64,000 bases of DNA from Carpediemonas membranifera BICM (Eukaryota; Protista; Fornicata): NCBI GenBank assembly GCA_019828565.1, contig JAHDYR010000015.1, positions 359,505-423,504 of the forward strand, in the 5' to 3' direction. Positions 1-11,400 of this stretch are shown here, in pieces. The notes under the pieces are model-generated. The model ran no database searches, was not told the origin of the DNA, and saw only the letters and a list, made by a program, of their open reading frames with translations. The position numbers were made by a program, and so were the translations under genes. The stretch's first letter is position 1, and each line of letters opens with the position of its first letter.

Positions 1-805
1 CTCTTCCCAGGCATTCAAGTCATTCGTGGCCGAGAATGGCATTAGGCATGAACTCGGTACAGCTTATCACCCGGCAGGCCGTGGTGTAGTTGAAAGACGC
101 AACGCCGAGATCAAGCGCCATTTGAAGGCTTTTACCCTTGAATCAGGCAGGAGCTGGCCTGAGGAAGTCCCCAACACAGTGATTCTGCTCAACGACATCC
201 CCTATGAGTACAGCGGCCTTTCGGCCAATGCAGCTCTCTTCGGTAAGCAGCTCCACACGACCAACAACGCGACCGATGACTCCCCTATTTCCCTCGAGCA
301 CTTCCGCTCATCCCTCCTCGCCCTTCAGGCCCACCAAGGATCAGCAGTGTCACGCGAGCCCCCTTCGGAGACGCACGCACCAATCGTTGGCGCAGCGGTT
401 CTACTCCGGCGAGACACGCCCGTTGGCCCTATCATCCGAGGCCCTATGCGAGTCCTCTCACCTGGCGACCACCCTAACGTCTACACCCTCAAGGACCTGA
501 CAACTCTTGCAACCGTCACAGCGCACGCAGACTCTCTTTATACGTTTAAGGGGTCATATACAGATGCTGAGCTGCAACGATGGGCCGCCCGCCTGCACAA
601 CGAGTATGTCGTCCGAGGAGTTGACGCCCACCGCTGCAGGCAGAGGAACCTCCAATTCCACGTGCTCTGGCACGGCTACGACGATAGTGAGGCAACTTGG
701 GAGCCTTTTACCCGAGACCTCGACAAGCTCGCTGCCCTTGACGACTATCTTGCTGAGCATCCCCAATTGCTCAAGAAGATGAAGAGCGCCCGTAAAGCTC
801 TCTAG
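1..805 (+). CDS. pol: LTR-1 Pol C-terminus: integrase core end plus chromodomain (partial)
   Basis: TAYHPAGRGVVERRN integrase motif; YVVRGVDAHR..FHVLWHGYDDSEATWEP chromodomain. Confidence 0.9.
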   Translation, partial: SSQAFKSFVAENGIRHELGTAYHPAGRGVVERRNAEIKRHLKAFTLESGRSWPEEVPNTVILLNDIPYEYSGLSANAALFGKQLHTTNNATDDSPISLEHFRSSLLALQAHQGSAVSREPPSETHAPIVGAAVLLRRDTPVGPIIRGPMRVLSPGDHPNVYTLKDLTTLATVTAHADSLYTFKGSYTDAELQRWAARLHNEYVVRGVDAHRCRQRNLQFHVLWHGYDDSEATWEPFTRDLDKLAALDDYLAEHPQLLKKMKSARKAL

Positions 806-1133
806 TTGTCGTCATCTACTTAATAATACTCCACATCTCTCATTGCGGAGGCAGAAACCGCAGATTTGCAAGTGCGGCTCTTGTATTGTGTGCTTTGCGT
901 TGAGAATGATGCGGAACACGACGCCGTTCAAGAATATTGATGTTGATTAGTTACTTAGCGGTTCGTTGTATGATTTTGCGTGTATCCGGACAGATTTTCC
1001 ACCATGCGAGTTCACCACCATCCTTCTGAATCAATTGATGAGGGGCCGAATGGTGAAGTTCTCAGCCCAGCAACACGGATGATTTAGATCAATCTGTAAT
1101 ATATGTAACACGTAAACGGGGACCTGAACTTCA

Positions 1134-4100
1134 CTACCTCCGCTTCCCCTTCTGCGCGTCCCTCCACGCCTTCATGTACTTCTTGAATTCCTTATTCCAA
1201 TCGGGGCGTCGGAGCAGGTACAGCTTCAGGTGCTCGTTATCTTTGAGCTTGTCTGCGTCCACCCATTGCTCGAACACGTCATCTACCTTGGCCCAAGCGA
1301 CAAAGAACTGAAGGACATCACCAGCCCATCGTTGACCACCGATTCCGCGCACCACTCCGCACTTGTCATCCTTTCCGCGTTCGACCATAGCCTTTTCGAT
1401 CGTCATTGCCTCCTGTACACGGTGTAACCTCGAACCATGCCGCACGTACTTCGCGCTAGTAGCGGGGTCCCATATCTCAGCTGTATCCATATGCCCCGTG
1501 TTCACGCTAGTAACCAAATAGGGCCCGGTCCGCTTGAGCTCGAGCATCGAGTGATTGGCCTTCCTCTTCCCATCAACGTTGCTGGCGCGATCCATCAGCA
1601 CCCACATACCGATCTCTGGCTTGACCTTTCCCCTCATCTCCCCCTCGCCTCTCAAGTCCGTGGGCTTGGCCGTGCCTTCGACGAACTCGTTCGGGGCTCC
1701 GCCCAGTGACTCCACCCTCCTGCTGTTCAGTGTGTCCTCCACTTCGCGCAGCGCTGCCGTCCACCTGGGATCGGTGTCACGGTAGGTGACCCGCTCCAGC
1801 TCCCGCCGCACATCCCTGTTCCTCCTCTCGACAACCCCGTTTGCCTCGTGTCGCTCCGGGGTCGTGTGGTGTACCGTGGCGCCCCACTCACTCTTAATAA
1901 ACTTCGCGAACTTCGCCGATTTGAATTGGCTCCCGGCGTCGGCATGCACCGCCTTAGGCGTGACGGGCCACTCGATCGTCCTCAGAGCCTCGATCGCGTC
2001 GTCGGACGTTGTCCTGACCATCGGCCTGAGCCATGTCCTCCGTGAATATCCGTCCACCGCCACCAGGATATGCTTGGCCGACGGGTCCTCCTCCAACCCG
2101 CCCATGGTGTCAATGAAGAGTACATCCCCCACCGCGTCGCCCGTCGGTATCTTGCGCGTGGTCCATTGTAGTTGGTCGGCCAGGGATGTAGATCGCTTCT
2201 GCTCGTACACGTTCTTCTCTACTGGGGCGCTGGCGGCCGCCACCTTGGTTGGCATCCGTGACAACATATCGGCCATCGGGTTGTCCACTCCGTTGACGTG
2301 GGTCAGCTCGAAGTCGAACCGGTGCCTCAGGTCCAACGCCCATCCCTGCACCGTTGTGTTCTCCGACTTGTCCATCCACAGGAGGTTCCTATGATCGGTG
2401 AACACTCTGATCTTCTTGCCCTTGATGTACCTGTCGAAATGCTCGAGACCCTTCTTGACCGCCCACGCTTCCTTCTGTGTCATGTTCCACCTGGCGCGTG
2501 ACGTGTCAGGTTGGATAGCCTTCGCAAAGTAGGCCACCGGCAGCCGCTTGCCCTCCCGCTGGACCACCAGAACGGCCCCCACCCCGTGGTCACAGGCGTC
2601 AGTCCACACTTCCAACTTGTCGTCTGGGCTCGGGATCACCATCGCCGTAGCCTTAGCCACCGCGTCCCTGATGGCTTTGAACGCCCGCTCGCAGCTCTCA
2701 TCCCACTCTTTGTCGAAGACCACTCCCTTCCTCTCGAGCCGATGCAGGGGTGCCTCCATCAACCCCAGCTTCGGGATGCAATCCCTAATCCAGTTGACGG
2801 ACCCAAGAAACTCCCGCACATCGTGGACCGACTTGGGCCTTGGTATCTTGAGTATGCCGGCTATCCTGTCGGGGTGTACGCTTCGCTCGCCCTTCCGCAC
2901 AACCCAGCCGATGTACTCGATCTCATCCTTCCCGAACTTGCACTTCTCTTCGCCCAATCCGACGGCGTGCTCCAGCAGCCGGTCGACCACCAAGTCGAGA
3001 TTCCTATCGTGCTCGTCCTTGTCTCTGCCGAATATCACAATGTCGTCAATATACACTAGGCAGGCGGTGCCGATCAACTCCCGCAGCACGGCTTCCATTG
3101 CCATCTGCATGTGTGCCGCGGCACACTTCAGTCCGAAAGGCATGCGGTTATATTCGTACTGTCCGTCCGCCGTTGCGAAGGCGGTGTACCCCTGCTGTCT
3201 TCCTCAATCTCCACCTGGTTGAAGGCCGCCTTCAAATCAAGGGTACTGAACTTCGAGTTGCCCTCGAGCATCGTGATGATGTCTTCGATGCGGGGCAGGG
3301 GGTACTCGTAGTCGTGGGTTAGCGAATTCAACTTGCGGTAGTCCACGCACAGGCGCTTGTCCCCCGACTTCTTACTCGCCAGTACCACCCTGGAGCTGAA
3401 CGGAGCCATTGATGGCCTGATGATCCCCTTCCTCAACATCGCGGCAACCTCCTTTCTCACCCACCCCGCGTCCTCCGCGGACAGCTTGGCTGGCCATGCC
3501 CTGAAATGACCGACGTCGGCCTGCAGCTTAAGGCTAAACCTCGGCACGTTCGCGGCTGACCCCTCCCTGCCGTAGCGATAGAGCTTCTGCAGCTTCTCCT
3601 CTCTTGTGCCGGACGGCGTAGGGTCGACCCCCAGCCTCTCTGCCGCCTCCGGGGCTATCACACCCCGCTCGACCAACGTGGCGAACCCTACGAACAGGAG
3701 CTCCTTCTCCACCAAGCACCACTCAGTGTGGACACCCGCCAGCCTCGCCCTCGTTGTTGCCACCACCGGTATGATCTCACCGCCAGCCGCTTCTACCTCT
3801 TTCACTTCCTTCACAGGTCCGAATGTCAGACCCAGCTCCCTCGCTAATCGTGTGGACATCAGGTTGGCCCCGGCCCCAGAGTCTAATAACGCTCGCTCCA
3901 CTCTGTCCTCGATCATCACCTCTCGCTCCCATGTCACGGCCTCCGTCTGGCCCGAACACACCACCCTCCTGTTAGGAACCGCCGCTCCACCACCTTCCTT
4001 CTCACACGAAACAACATCAACAGCGTACGCCCGCGCATTTACAGCGTCTGGGCAATCCCTGGCCACGTGCCCCTCCTTCTTGCAACGGAAGCAAACAGGC

Positions 4101-4855
4101 TGAGGGAGGGGGCATCTGTCGGCGAAGTGTCCGGTCTCACCACACCGGAAGCACTTCTGGTGCCGAACAGTCATGCGGGCGACCAGGGGGGCGGAGGCAG
4201 TGGTGTGCTCGTCGGCGTGGGTGGGCGTGGGTCTCGTCTCTACAAGCTCCCTCGCCGCGCGCAGGACGACCGTAACTGCGGCCTGGACCGACGCCGCCTC
4301 GCGGACGTCGTCCTCGACCTTGGTGCGCAGTTCGTCGTCGACGATGGCCTCCGTGAGGAGACGGCGGGCCCGGGCGTCCGACACCATCGCGTCTCCGCAG
4401 ATGCGCCGGACGAGCTGAAACCTTCTCAGGTAACGCGAGACCACGGAGGGTGACACCCCTGTCATCCGCCCCGCCATCAGTCTCTCGTGCCCGGCCCGGG
4501 TGGCTGGGCGAACCACCGACTCCACGACGCCCATCCAGGCGCGTCGCAGGCGTCGGGCTCGCTCAGCCTTGGTCTCCTCGTGGTCCGAGTCACTGGAGGA
4601 GGTCGAAGAGTCGGAGCTTGACGACTCATAGACGTTGACGCGCGGGGGATCGTAGTCATCGATACTCTCCAGGCCTGCTTCCATCAGAGCCTGTGCCTTG
4701 ACGTCTCCGCCAAGGCACCGGTGGAAAGGCCGCGCGTGGTACGATGTACGGTACGATTCGTACCACAGTACGAATTGCACGTAGCTATCAACGTCAAGAC
4801 TTGCCAGTTGGCGCGTCTTATCGGACTCATTCGTATCTCGGCTAGAGTTGTGCAT
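1134..4855 (-). CDS. gag-pol: LTR-2 gag-pol (two CCHC knuckles, protease, RT, RNase H, integrase, degenerate chromodomain); one frameshift near 3190
   Basis: CFRCGETGHFADRC, LLDSGA, YIDD, TDAC, DAGSQF..ERRN; ORFs 3128-4855 and 1134-3143. Confidence 0.9.
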
Positions 4856-4858
4856 ACA

Positions 4859-4872
4859 CAGTTATATAACTG
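4859..4872. promoter_or_regulatory. Palindrome at PBS position, LTR-2
   Basis: CAGTTATATAACTG. Confidence 0.8.
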
Positions 4873-5011
4873 AAGTTCTCAGCCCAGCAACACGGATGAT
4901 TTAGATCAATCTGTAATATATGTAACACGTAAACGGGGACCTGAACTTCAATGGCGACCCCAATTGAACCCCCTACGAACATAGACGGCCTATGCCCACT
5001 CATGGAGGCAG

Positions 5012-5128
5012 TGTCACGTTGTGTTAGCTGTCCCAATCAGTTCTTTTATGATTGGTCAATGATCGTCAAAGTCAATTTAAAGTTAGTTCATCGTTTCCCT
5101 TCGGTGTTCCTGTCCCCTGCCCGTCACA
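5012..5128 (+). repeat. Putative 3' LTR of LTR-1 (117 bp)
   Basis: TGTCACG...CGTCACA ends, directly after a purine tract; partner LTR not in window. Confidence 0.65.
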
Positions 5129-6130
5129 GCACGCGGTGACTTACGATGTGGTCGACCTGCTGCTCGTCTTGCTCGTAGGCAGCGAGGCGTTCGAGTGTCG
5201 CGAGTGTTACAGAGCCGCGGTGGAATCGGACGAGGCGTTCCTGGTGGACGAGTATCTCGGCCTTGGAGACCAGGTCGCGGAGTCGGAATGTGTTGGGACT
5301 CTTCCCTCCTCCAAGCATCAGTAGGGGGCCGCGGAGTGGAGGTAGGAGTTTGGGAGCCTTGGTAGGATAACGGATGAGCACGAGCTCTTCGTCGTTCCAG
5401 TTGATGTCGTCTGTGGTTTGGTGAGCGTCGTTGGCGTTCTCATAGGCGCTGATGCGTGTACGAGCTTGCTCGTGTTAAGGTCCTTGTGGAAGAGACTGAT
5501 GGCCTCATGGATGTCGGGAGAGGCGCGCGTGGCGTCAATAAGTTGTTCAGGCGAGATTTGTGTCAGTGACGACGTGTGCCCGAAGAGGATGTCGAAAGGA
5601 GTAAATCCAGTTGTGGAGTGGACGCTAGTGTTGATAATGTGCTGCACGATTGGCAGGAATGGCGTCCATTCGGTCGTTTCGCTGTCGATGAGCAGAGCGC
5701 GGAGCCTACGGACGATAGTTCCGTTTGTGCGTTCTACTATGCCGTTACTTTGAGGATGGTATGCTGTAGAGAATCGGTGATTGAGCGAGATGCGCTTATT
5801 CAACTCATCGATGACGGAGTTCTTAAACTGCGTGCCTTGATCTGTCTGGATGGCTCGAGGGGCCCCGAACAGTGACCAGACCTCCAGCATTGCGCTTGCA
5901 GCCTCATCTGCTCCTGTGGAGCGCACAGGTTTCAGCACGACGAACTTGGAAAAAGCGTCGATAATGACGATGATGTGCTTGCCGTCGTCCTCCGGAAGAG
6001 AGGTCCGATGGTGTCGATCTGAACCGTCTCGAAGGGTGTTCTTTTCTGGGTCGAGTGCCATGGCGCGGTAGTCTTCGGGTGAGGCTTCAGCTTCTGGCAT
6101 ACGGCGCATTCCTTGATGTACTCCTTAACG
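5129..6130 (-). pseudogene. LTR-3 fragment: frameshifted integrase and start of chromodomain, cut by LTR-1 and by the LINE
   Basis: IDAFSK..TDQGTQF..TAYHPQSNGIVER; QVDHIVSHRV; CAVCQ zinc-finger remnant near 6100. Confidence 0.85.
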
Positions 6131-7276
6131 AAAGAAAGAAAGAATTTAATGTGTCCTGCTACTCGTCCTGCTGTGTAAGCTGAATGTCACAGTTTGTGTC
6201 ACCCCTTCGAGGAACGCCTAAGCGTGTTGGTACCTCCACAGAGCACACCTAACACTTCCTAAGAGGGCGTGAACAACGGCCGTCAAGGCCTAGCTGGTAC
6301 GCTAGAGGGATCCTATACATGGCCACATTAATACCCCCAAAGTTAGGCTAACCCAGGTCTTACTCTTAGGGGCCCTTTGGGTCCCAGGTCTGCCTGGCAC
6401 CTACAAAGCCTTGCCCTGCACGCTGCTGTCAGGGGCCTTCCGTACGTTTCCCCCCTCCCCCGGGAGGTCCTGGAGTTTCCTCGACCCGCTCGCCATGTTT
6501 CAGGCACCCGCCAGGGCGGGGTCGGGTCTAGAGTTCGCCGTACCAGCTGGGCCGGGTTAGGAACCCACCGACGCCGCGTAGGTAGACTTCCACGGACTTG
6601 CCGGCTGCGTTCGGGCTCATCTAGCGCTGTCCGATTTCACTCCAGGTTCCCATTATCGGGGGGAGCTTTCAGGGGCGGTTGCCACGTCTTCCAGTCTTCC
6701 TGGCTAGGCGCCGGGCCACATCAGGATGGCCCTGCCTTCCCGGCAGGTTACCGACGGAGTGGGTAGCTTCTTGCGTCATCCAGTACCTCCGCCAGTCTGC
6801 CATGCATCATCCTCCTGGTGCGCCCCCACTGTGTGGGGAGGGGGTACCCCCTTGCGCGCCGGAGGGATGCGCCGGACTGCTTGTCCGGACGCTTGCGCCC
6901 TACTGGCCCAGCTGTTTTGCCAGGCCTTCCCTATTTCGTGCTTGTTGTATGCGATTGTCCCTTAAGGGTCCTTTGCAGCCTTCCCTCCGCCTGGCGCTAC
7001 CGGAACATGTGGTGTTGTCCTCATTGGTTCCGGGCCCGCTGCGCTTGGGGTCGGTGCTCGGGCCACCTTTCCAGGCCGCCCTGTGGGTTGGGCCTGTCCC
7101 CTCTTGGTGGTGGGGGAGTTGTTTCAAGTGTGATGCAGGCATCAGAGTGCTCCCTTGCTGCGTGGGTTGGGTTGGGTGTGCGGCCGGGCGCTACCGGAAC
7201 ACGTGGGGGGAAAACACCTCCCGCCGGTTCCAGGAATGTTCCGCCCTGTGCCTTGTCTTCACCCAGGGCCTTCCTC

Positions 7277-7487
7277 CTAGGGGTCTAGGCCTGTTCTGAG
7301 GTTCATGAGGGCCTTTTTCCCGCATAATAGACCCTCCTTCACTGTTTCATCCTCCTGTTGCAGTAGCCAGTGGAGCTCCAATATGGCCCTGGAGTTATAC
7401 CACTCCCCATCTGGGCCGTGCCGCAGCCTACTTGCCATGGTGTGTGTTGCCGCAGCTTCCCAGCACTGCTCCCACCCACTTGGGCGG
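7277..7487 (-). pseudogene. C-terminal ~70 codons of LINE ORF2, separated by the LTR-4 insertion
   Basis: In frame with the ORF at 51419+ once LTR-4 and one CCGAC TSD are removed; ends at TAG 7277-7279. Confidence 0.7.
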
Positions 7488-7793
7488 CCGACTGTGGACG
7501 CGCAGGAGGACGAAAGGGAATGATCTGTTTACATAAACTGCACATTGACTCCTGAGGCACCACACTACCCCCACGGCCCGGAGCCCAAGGGCGAGGACAG
7601 GACCAAACGAAGAAGAGGAAATGAAGGTGGATGCTAAACAGTAAAAGCACACGTGCAGAGAAACAACACAACACTTCCGTCGCTCCAGGTACACTCAACA
7701 CAGAGCCTATGTAGTCAATATTAATATCTACCAATATCCCCGGGAGGGTCCAAACCTCTTTTTACTTGTAAAACCTATCTCTTCCAAGACTAC

Positions 7794-7805
7794 AGTACTA
7801 GTACT
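7794..7805. promoter_or_regulatory. Palindrome at PBS position, LTR-5
   Basis: AGTACTAGTACT. Confidence 0.8.
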
Positions 7806-7811
7806 TTCCCG

Positions 7812-7949
7812 ATGGATAGAGACGGGAAGAACCAAGCACCACTACTCAAGGAAGCTACTTTCAGGGCTTTCGTGACGTTTACTACATCATTGCGTGACTT
7901 CAAGGCCAGAGGTGGCAAGGCGAAGCTCCGGAAGCTCATCAGTCCGGAG
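7812..7949 (+). CDS. gag: LTR-5 gag N-terminus (piece 1)
   Basis: MDRDGKNQAPLLKEATF..LISPE, homologous to LTR-11 gag; continues at 17822. Confidence 0.85.
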
Positions 7950-8483
7950 TGTGGTCTGTCAAGACTTAGAAGAACTTTTAGTAAAAGCAAAGAAGAGAGG
8001 GTTTGACCCTGCTGTGGTAAATATGGCAATAATAAATATATCAACTATGTAAACAATGGGTAGGACCCTAACACTGCCCCTCCATGCCAGCCTATAGGCT
8101 GACATGACCTCAAGGTGTCACCTTCACGGCCACTGCGCCACAGGCGAGTGGTGAGGATTTCCCGATGTTGGTCGATTGGATACAGCCCTGTTGGGTGCCA
8201 CCCCAACGGCTGGACCACTCCTAGGACTTGGCAGGACCCAGAAGGCCATAATCGGTAAGGATATCAAAACGACTCTGAAGATTCGAAAATATTCGAAATT
8301 GTCGCGGTACCGCTGTGTGAGCATGCTATGTTATGGGAATGGGGACTGCAGGTCTCCCTGCCCCTCCACGGCCATACCTCGGCCGTAAAGAACGCAAACA
8401 TTTCAATGTGCACTTTTGGGCACATAACGAGTTTGTAGTCTCGGTGAGAGAAATCAATCAAGTGCAGTTTACCACATCGCCCC

Positions 8484-11400
8484 CTAGTGGCGAGAACGCC
8501 TAGCGTGTTGGACAAGGTAGTCCTGGCAGACCTTGTTGAAGTGGGCGTTTGAGTCACGATACTGGATAAACGCATCGTTGGTGAGGAGCTCAGTGATGGG
8601 TACGTCTTGGTCCTCGTCGGCCTCGTAGCCGAGCCAACGCACCTGGCACATGGGCATGCCCGTGTCAGCGCGCTTGAACCACTTGACAATGTGGTCGACG
8701 ATCCCGTGGGGAGTGTCCTGGACGAAGTACTTGCGAGCTTCGTCGACCGTGAGGCGCTCCTGGAGCTTCGCCAGGCGACTGGCGTGCCTCTTGATAGTCT
8801 TGCCGGTGACAGGGTTCTCAAGGAGGTAGCCCTGGTCTTCGGTGGCGGCCCAAACCCGGTAGGGGCCACGCATCTTGAACTCGAGGCGAGGAACTGGGGC
8901 GTCGCGCTGCACGAGGACCCAGTCGCCGGGAGAAAGCTGGGAAGCGAGAGTGGGATAGAACCTGTCTTTCACCCCCTTCCTGGTGAGCTGAGCAGCTTTG
9001 ATTGCGGCCATGGTGTGGATGGCACGGTCCATGGTCTCTTGGCTGACGCTCGATGTATCTGGGGCAGTCCTGGGCCCGTTCTTGACCTGGTGGTGGATGA
9101 GAGCCGCTGAAAAGGCGGCCTCGTGAGGCGTACGGCCACCGAGAGCAGCCGAAGGCGTAGAGTTGATGTTCAGCTCCGTCTGTTGCATGACGCTGCGCCA
9201 TGTATGACGATTGTTGCCGTCGATCAGTGTAGAGATGCCAACGCGTAGATGCCGGTTGATCTCACGGTTCTGGCGCTCAACAAGTCCGTTTGCTTCGTGT
9301 CGAAGAGGAGTAGTGTTATGGTGTACGATACCATACTGTGAGCAGAACTTAGAGAACTCGTGGTTGCAGAACTCCGATCCTGAATCGGTTTGAATAATGT
9401 CTGGGCATGCAAGTCTGGAGATGATGACGTCTTTGACCTGGTCAATAATTTCTCGCGGCTCCTTAGTGCGCAGGGGTATGATTCGCGTGAGGCGAGTGCC
9501 AACATCGATGCATGTGAGGATGTATTTGAAGCCTTGGTCGGCCGGGTCGATAGGGCCTATGAGGTCCATGTGGACGACACAGAGCGGCGGTGCTGTCTGG
9601 ATCATGCCTGGCGTGAACTGCACGTTCGTTCTGTTGGTCTGCTTAGCGCAGGTGACGCAATTCGTGACGTAACGTGAGACGTCCTCCCTGGCCCCGGGCC
9701 AAGAAAGTTCAGCGACATCTAGAAGGCGGAGCGTCGTCTCGACACCCGCGTGGTGTCTGTTATGGACGAAGAGGAAGCGCTCTTTCTTGAGCTGCTCGGG
9801 AAGGGACTCCATTAGTAGGGTCGGCACGCGCGAAAGGCCATCGGCCGCTGTGTTAGCGCACCCGTCGACATGTACGAGCTCCGTGATGCTGTACTGGGCA
9901 ACCTCCAGTGCCCAGCGGGCGACCTTTGGGGTCTCGGACCGGGCCATGAATGTGAGGTTGCGACTGTCGGTATGTAGTATGATGTTCGAGCCCGCAAGGA
10001 TTGAGCGAAAGCGCGACAGCGTGGACACGATGGCGAACATCTCCTGCTCGACGGTGGTCCATCGGGCCTCCGTATCAGAGAGCTTCTTGCTGTAAAAGGC
10101 GATCGGCCCCTTATCCTGGATAATTGAGGCGCCGATGCCCACGTTAGATGCGTCGGTATACACGTGGACGGGCTTGTCGGGCTGAAAGTGAGCGAGCTCA
10201 ACTGCGTTGGCCGCTGCGGCCTTGAGGATCGACAATGAATTAGAGGCGTCATCGCTGGAGACGTGCTTCTTAGACGCGAGGTCCTGTAGGGGACGCGCCT
10301 TCTCAACGAAGTTGGGAATGAACTGGCGAATAAAGGAAAAGACACCCACGACATGCTTCGCGTCCTTGGAGGACTGCGGCACGGGAAGGTCGGTGATGCC
10401 TTGTAGGCGCTTCGGGTCGATGCGGACCCCACTCCCTGAGACAATAAAGCCTAGGTATTCCACTTCCGAGGCCCCGATGATAGACTTGGTGGGTGACAGC
10501 CTAATGTTGGCTTCCGCGAGGGCGGCAAACAGCGACTCGACCTGGCCGAGCAACTCTTCTTCAGACGAAGCGTAGAGTAGAATGTCGTCCACGAAGACCA
10601 AGCAGTGTGGAATGGGCTTCAGAAGGGTCTCCATGCGGGCCTGAAAGACCATGGGGCCATTGGTAACCCCAAACGGCAGCCGTGTGAACTGGAGGGTCTG
10701 ACCTTGGTGGCTAAATGCCGTATACTTTCGGGAGGAGTCAGCCAAGGAGAGCTGAAAGAACCCAGATGTCAGGTCGAACTTCGCAAAGTGGGTCGCCCCT
10801 CGGACTTGCTCGAACAGTTCATCAGGACTGGGCATGCGATGCCATTCAGCCGTTGTCGCCTCATTGAGCTCTCTGAAGTCGATGCAGAGTCTGTAAGGCG
10901 GGTCCGCACTGGGTTTCGGGACCATGAGGATAGGGCTCAGCCATCCTTCGTCCGTTGTGACTGTCGCGAGGATCCCAGCAGTAATCATCTGCGTGATGTA
11001 GAACGCTGCTGCAGCAGTGTGGGCAGCACTGCGAAGGCGTCGAACGGTCCTCACAGGGACGGCACTCTCGCGGATATGGATCTCGTACGGCGGAAGCTTG
11101 GCCGGCTCCTTGCCCAGCGGGCCAAAGATAAAGGCGAACGTCCCCAGCAAGAGCAGGAACTTGGCTCGTATGTCGCCAACCACTCTGTCATGGACTTGTG
11201 GAAGGACCGCCGTCTCGTCGGGTGTAAAGAGATTAAGCATCTCTGAGGTGTTGGAGACGTCATGGAGGTGAGGAGGCTCCTCGGCGGTTACGGCGTTCGG
11301 CCCGAAATCCATTCCGGTGCGGCGGAGGAGGCTCTTCCCCAGGAGGCATGCGACGGGGAAGGTGTCGACAATGTGGGCTGTGATGGTGATGGTCGTGGGG

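Larger units (their letters stand above)
1054..4950 (-). mobile_element. LTR-2: complete 3.9-kb Gypsy element with 80-bp LTRs
   Basis: Identical LTRs 1054-1133 and 4871-4950 (TGAAGTTC..GAACTTCA); TSD ATGG at 1050-1053 and 4951-4954; PPT overlaps the pol stop. Confidence 0.95.
1..5128 (+). mobile_element. LTR-1: 3' part of a Ty3/Gypsy chromovirus-like element (5' end outside window), interrupted by LTR-2
   Basis: Integrase-chromodomain ORF ending at 805; PPT-like ATGGAGGCAG at 5002-5011 followed by a TG..CA LTR that truncates the LTR-3 chromodomain. Confidence 0.75.

Noticed and set aside
6990-7210. Two copies of GGCGCTACCGGAACA(T/C)GTGG in the LINE 3' region
   Set aside because: Only two copies with no supported ORF or structure; probably a local duplication
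7710-7805. Tf1-type self-priming or tRNA PBS
   Set aside because: No TGG start and no complementary tract seen within the LTRs
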